Below are positions 36,334-38,019 of a stretch of DNA of 38,019 bases, in pieces; the stretch's first letter is position 1, and the number at the start of each line of letters is the position of its first letter. Source of the DNA: a virus (lineage: Duplodnaviria; Caudoviricetes); IMG/VR virus record IMGVR_UViG_3300033067_000507, positions 1-38,019 of that record; one strand, given 5' to 3'. The position numbers and the translations under genes were made by a program. The notes beneath the pieces were generated by a model. The model was not told the DNA's origin, made no database searches, and saw nothing but the letters and a program-made list of their open reading frames with translations.

Positions 36334-38019
36334 CTATTGTGGCATTGGCGTCGTTGGTGTTGGTGTTGTTTGAGTTGGTACTTGTTGAGGTTGAATTGGA
36401 CTTGGTTTGACTTGTTGTAGTTGAATTGGAGATAAATAACCAGAGTTTCTTAATATCTCTGATACAACCATTTTAGCTTCTGGGTTGTTTTCATATGCTG
36501 GATTCATCATAACTTGTAGAGCTGTATTTAGTGTAGCAAGTATTGCTTGATAGTCTTTAGATTCACCTGTTACATCAACTTCAAGATTCCATTCCAAATC
36601 CTTAAATTGTTCCTTCCATGTTTGTTTTTTTATTTCACTAGGTTTAAAGAATCTTTGATTGCCAAGTTCGTTTAGTGAAGATTTCTCTGTACTCTGGATA
36701 TCTTGTATCATAGCGTCCTGCTCAGTAGGAGAAACCATCTTACCTTTGTTCAGAATACTATCTAGTATATTTCCATTAGACTTCATTATACTTACATTCT
36801 TTAGATACTTTGAATCTATTTTATCTATATCGTAAGACTCTAGTTCAGCAGAAATTTCGTCTTTATTATCTAATCCTTTCTTAATAAATGGAATAATATA
36901 TTCTCTAAACATATTCTCAATATACATTCCCTTATTCTCTGTCATCAATTCAAATAGTGAATATGATTCTTGTAATAGACTTTCTGTTTGTCTCCATGGA
37001 GTACCAGACTTTGGAGATATTCCAAGCATAGATTCAGATATACCTACTATTTCATTACCAAGTGATTTCCATTGTCCTTGGAAATTCTGTAATGATGTAA
37101 TGTCATGAGAGTTATTCTGTAACTGTGTTAATGGTTGGTTTACTGCGTGGATTAAGATATCTCCATTCTCAATAGCAGAGAGGGCATTTTGATTCAAGAA
37201 AGTACCGTCTGATGTTTGGAATATTAACTTTGAAGCTAGGTCTAGTTGATTCTTTATAGATAGGGCATTATGATTCACCATCCATTGTGATTGGAATAGA
37301 TGTTCAACTGCACCAATAGATAGAGTTCTTCCGTCTTCTTCTATAAGGTGAGTTATCATTTGAGGATTCTTCTTTACTCTGCCTTTATATAAAGTGAAAT
37401 CAAGATACTCATTCTTTTTCTTTGGATTCTGTACAAAAGATACTACATGTAATTGTTCTTGATACACCTCGTCGTCTTTTTCCTTATTAGTTAAATATGA
37501 CAGCTCAAATTCACCTCTTACTTCATAGACTTTTATATAATTAGATATATTATCCTTTCGTCTTTTATCTACGGTTTCTCTAGGTCTTTGTGCGTCACAT
37601 AAAGCCTCAACCATGTCTTTATCATACAAAGGATTTTTCTTTAATTGAGCCTCGGTTAGTTCTAATACTTTAATTCTAGGATTAGAATAGAAGTCTACTG
37701 AATCAACAATCAATCTATTCCACGGTAATACAGATGGTATTAAACGACCGTCTTTCTCTATAAACTCTACTACAGCAGAGCCATATCTTGATAGAACTCT
37801 TCCCCATTCATTTAAGAATTGACCAAAGTTTTCTCTAGTCATCCAGTTTTGAATATGAGCACTGGCAAGCAATGCGTCAATAGTATCTTTAGATTTACTA
37901 GCCTTGATTCTTATATTCTTTCTATCAATGTCTGTTGCTCTGTACCAAATATTAGCAGCGGCAACTACTATATTGAAAAATGGCTTTTCTCTTCCTTGTG
38001 AATCAAATTGACCACTTGT
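36334..38019 (-). CDS. Portal protein (allele B; 5' end lies beyond the window end)
   Basis: Frame open to the window end; SRYGSAVV and GAVEHLF..Q..VN motifs; Gln/Pro tail typical of podovirus portals. Confidence 0.85.
   Translation of the reverse strand, partial: TSGQFDSQGREKPFFNIVVAAANIWYRATDIDRKNIRIKASKSKDTIDALLASAHIQNWMTRENFGQFLNEWGRVLSRYGSAVVEFIEKDGRLIPSVLPWNRLIVDSVDFYSNPRIKVLELTEAQLKKNPLYDKDMVEALCDAQRPRETVDKRRKDNISNYIKVYEVRGEFELSYLTNKEKDDEVYQEQLHVVSFVQNPKKKNEYLDFTLYKGRVKKNPQMITHLIEEDGRTLSIGAVEHLFQSQWMVNHNALSIKNQLDLASKLIFQTSDGTFLNQNALSAIENGDILIHAVNQPLTQLQNNSHDITSLQNFQGQWKSLGNEIVGISESMLGISPKSGTPWRQTESLLQESYSLFELMTENKGMYIENMFREYIIPFIKKGLDNKDEISAELESYDIDKIDSKYLKNVSIMKSNGNILDSILNKGKMVSPTEQDAMIQDIQSTEKSSLNELGNQRFFKPSEIKKQTWKEQFKDLEWNLEVDVTGESKDYQAILATLNTALQVMMNPAYENNPEAKMVVSEILRNSGYLSPIQLQQVKPSPIQPQQVPTQTTPTPTTPMPQ
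37053..38019. repeat. Imperfect terminal direct repeat, copy B
   Basis: Matches 1-967 at an offset of 37052. Confidence 0.97.

Noticed and set aside
767-38001. Opposite-strand or out-of-frame ORFs in the track (e.g. 767-949, 1019-1243, 2597-2797, 16181-16519, 17730-17960, 27239-27592, 35651-35974, 37819-38001)
   Set aside because: They are shadows of better-supported genes or RNAs and show no motifs.
1-38019. Diversity-generating retroelement explaining the two portal copies
   Set aside because: Differences affect all bases and are mostly synonymous rather than adenine-specific; no reverse transcriptase is present.
1-38019. Alternative genetic code
   Set aside because: Code 11 gives dense, intact genes; TGA (ATGA overlaps at 20055 and 31094) and TAG both act as stops.
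1-38019. CRISPR array, integrase or att site
   Set aside because: No regularly spaced repeats or recombinase motifs were seen.

Overview
Essentially a complete, AT-rich, ~37.05-kb podovirus-like dsDNA phage genome, linearised inside the portal gene. The first 967 bp recur at 37053-38019 as a ~93%-identical second allele. The minus-strand arm carries TerS/TerL, portal, scaffold, capsid, adaptor, nozzle, ejection and fibre/spike proteins, an inserted HNH gene and a lysis cassette. The plus-strand early arm (4417-17907) carries two adenine methyltransferases, a Rad52/YqaJ/SSB/NinB/NinG recombination module, many small zinc-finger and membrane proteins, and a terminal anti-defence-like cluster (HigA N-terminal mimic, Acb2/Tad1-like protein, tRNA-like RNA). 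I recognise no integrase, HTH repressor, polymerase, primase, helicase or tape measure. Scarce Shine-Dalgarno sites and ATSTFAGG/GIGTTSP-type surface proteins suggest, by inference only, a Patescibacteria (CPR)-like host. The most notable unexplained features are: (1) three hairpins whose 11-nt loops are complementary to upstream leaders, one linking the capsid 3' UTR to the structured capsid and portal 5' UTRs; (2) an sRNA plus attenuator pair in front of a 300-nt structured non-coding region; (3) DnaA boxes at a near-fixed distance upstream of the early promoters; (4) an HNH insertion that appears to have taken a tail gene's ATG, leaving ATC. All calls are by eye; no database searches or folding programs were run.
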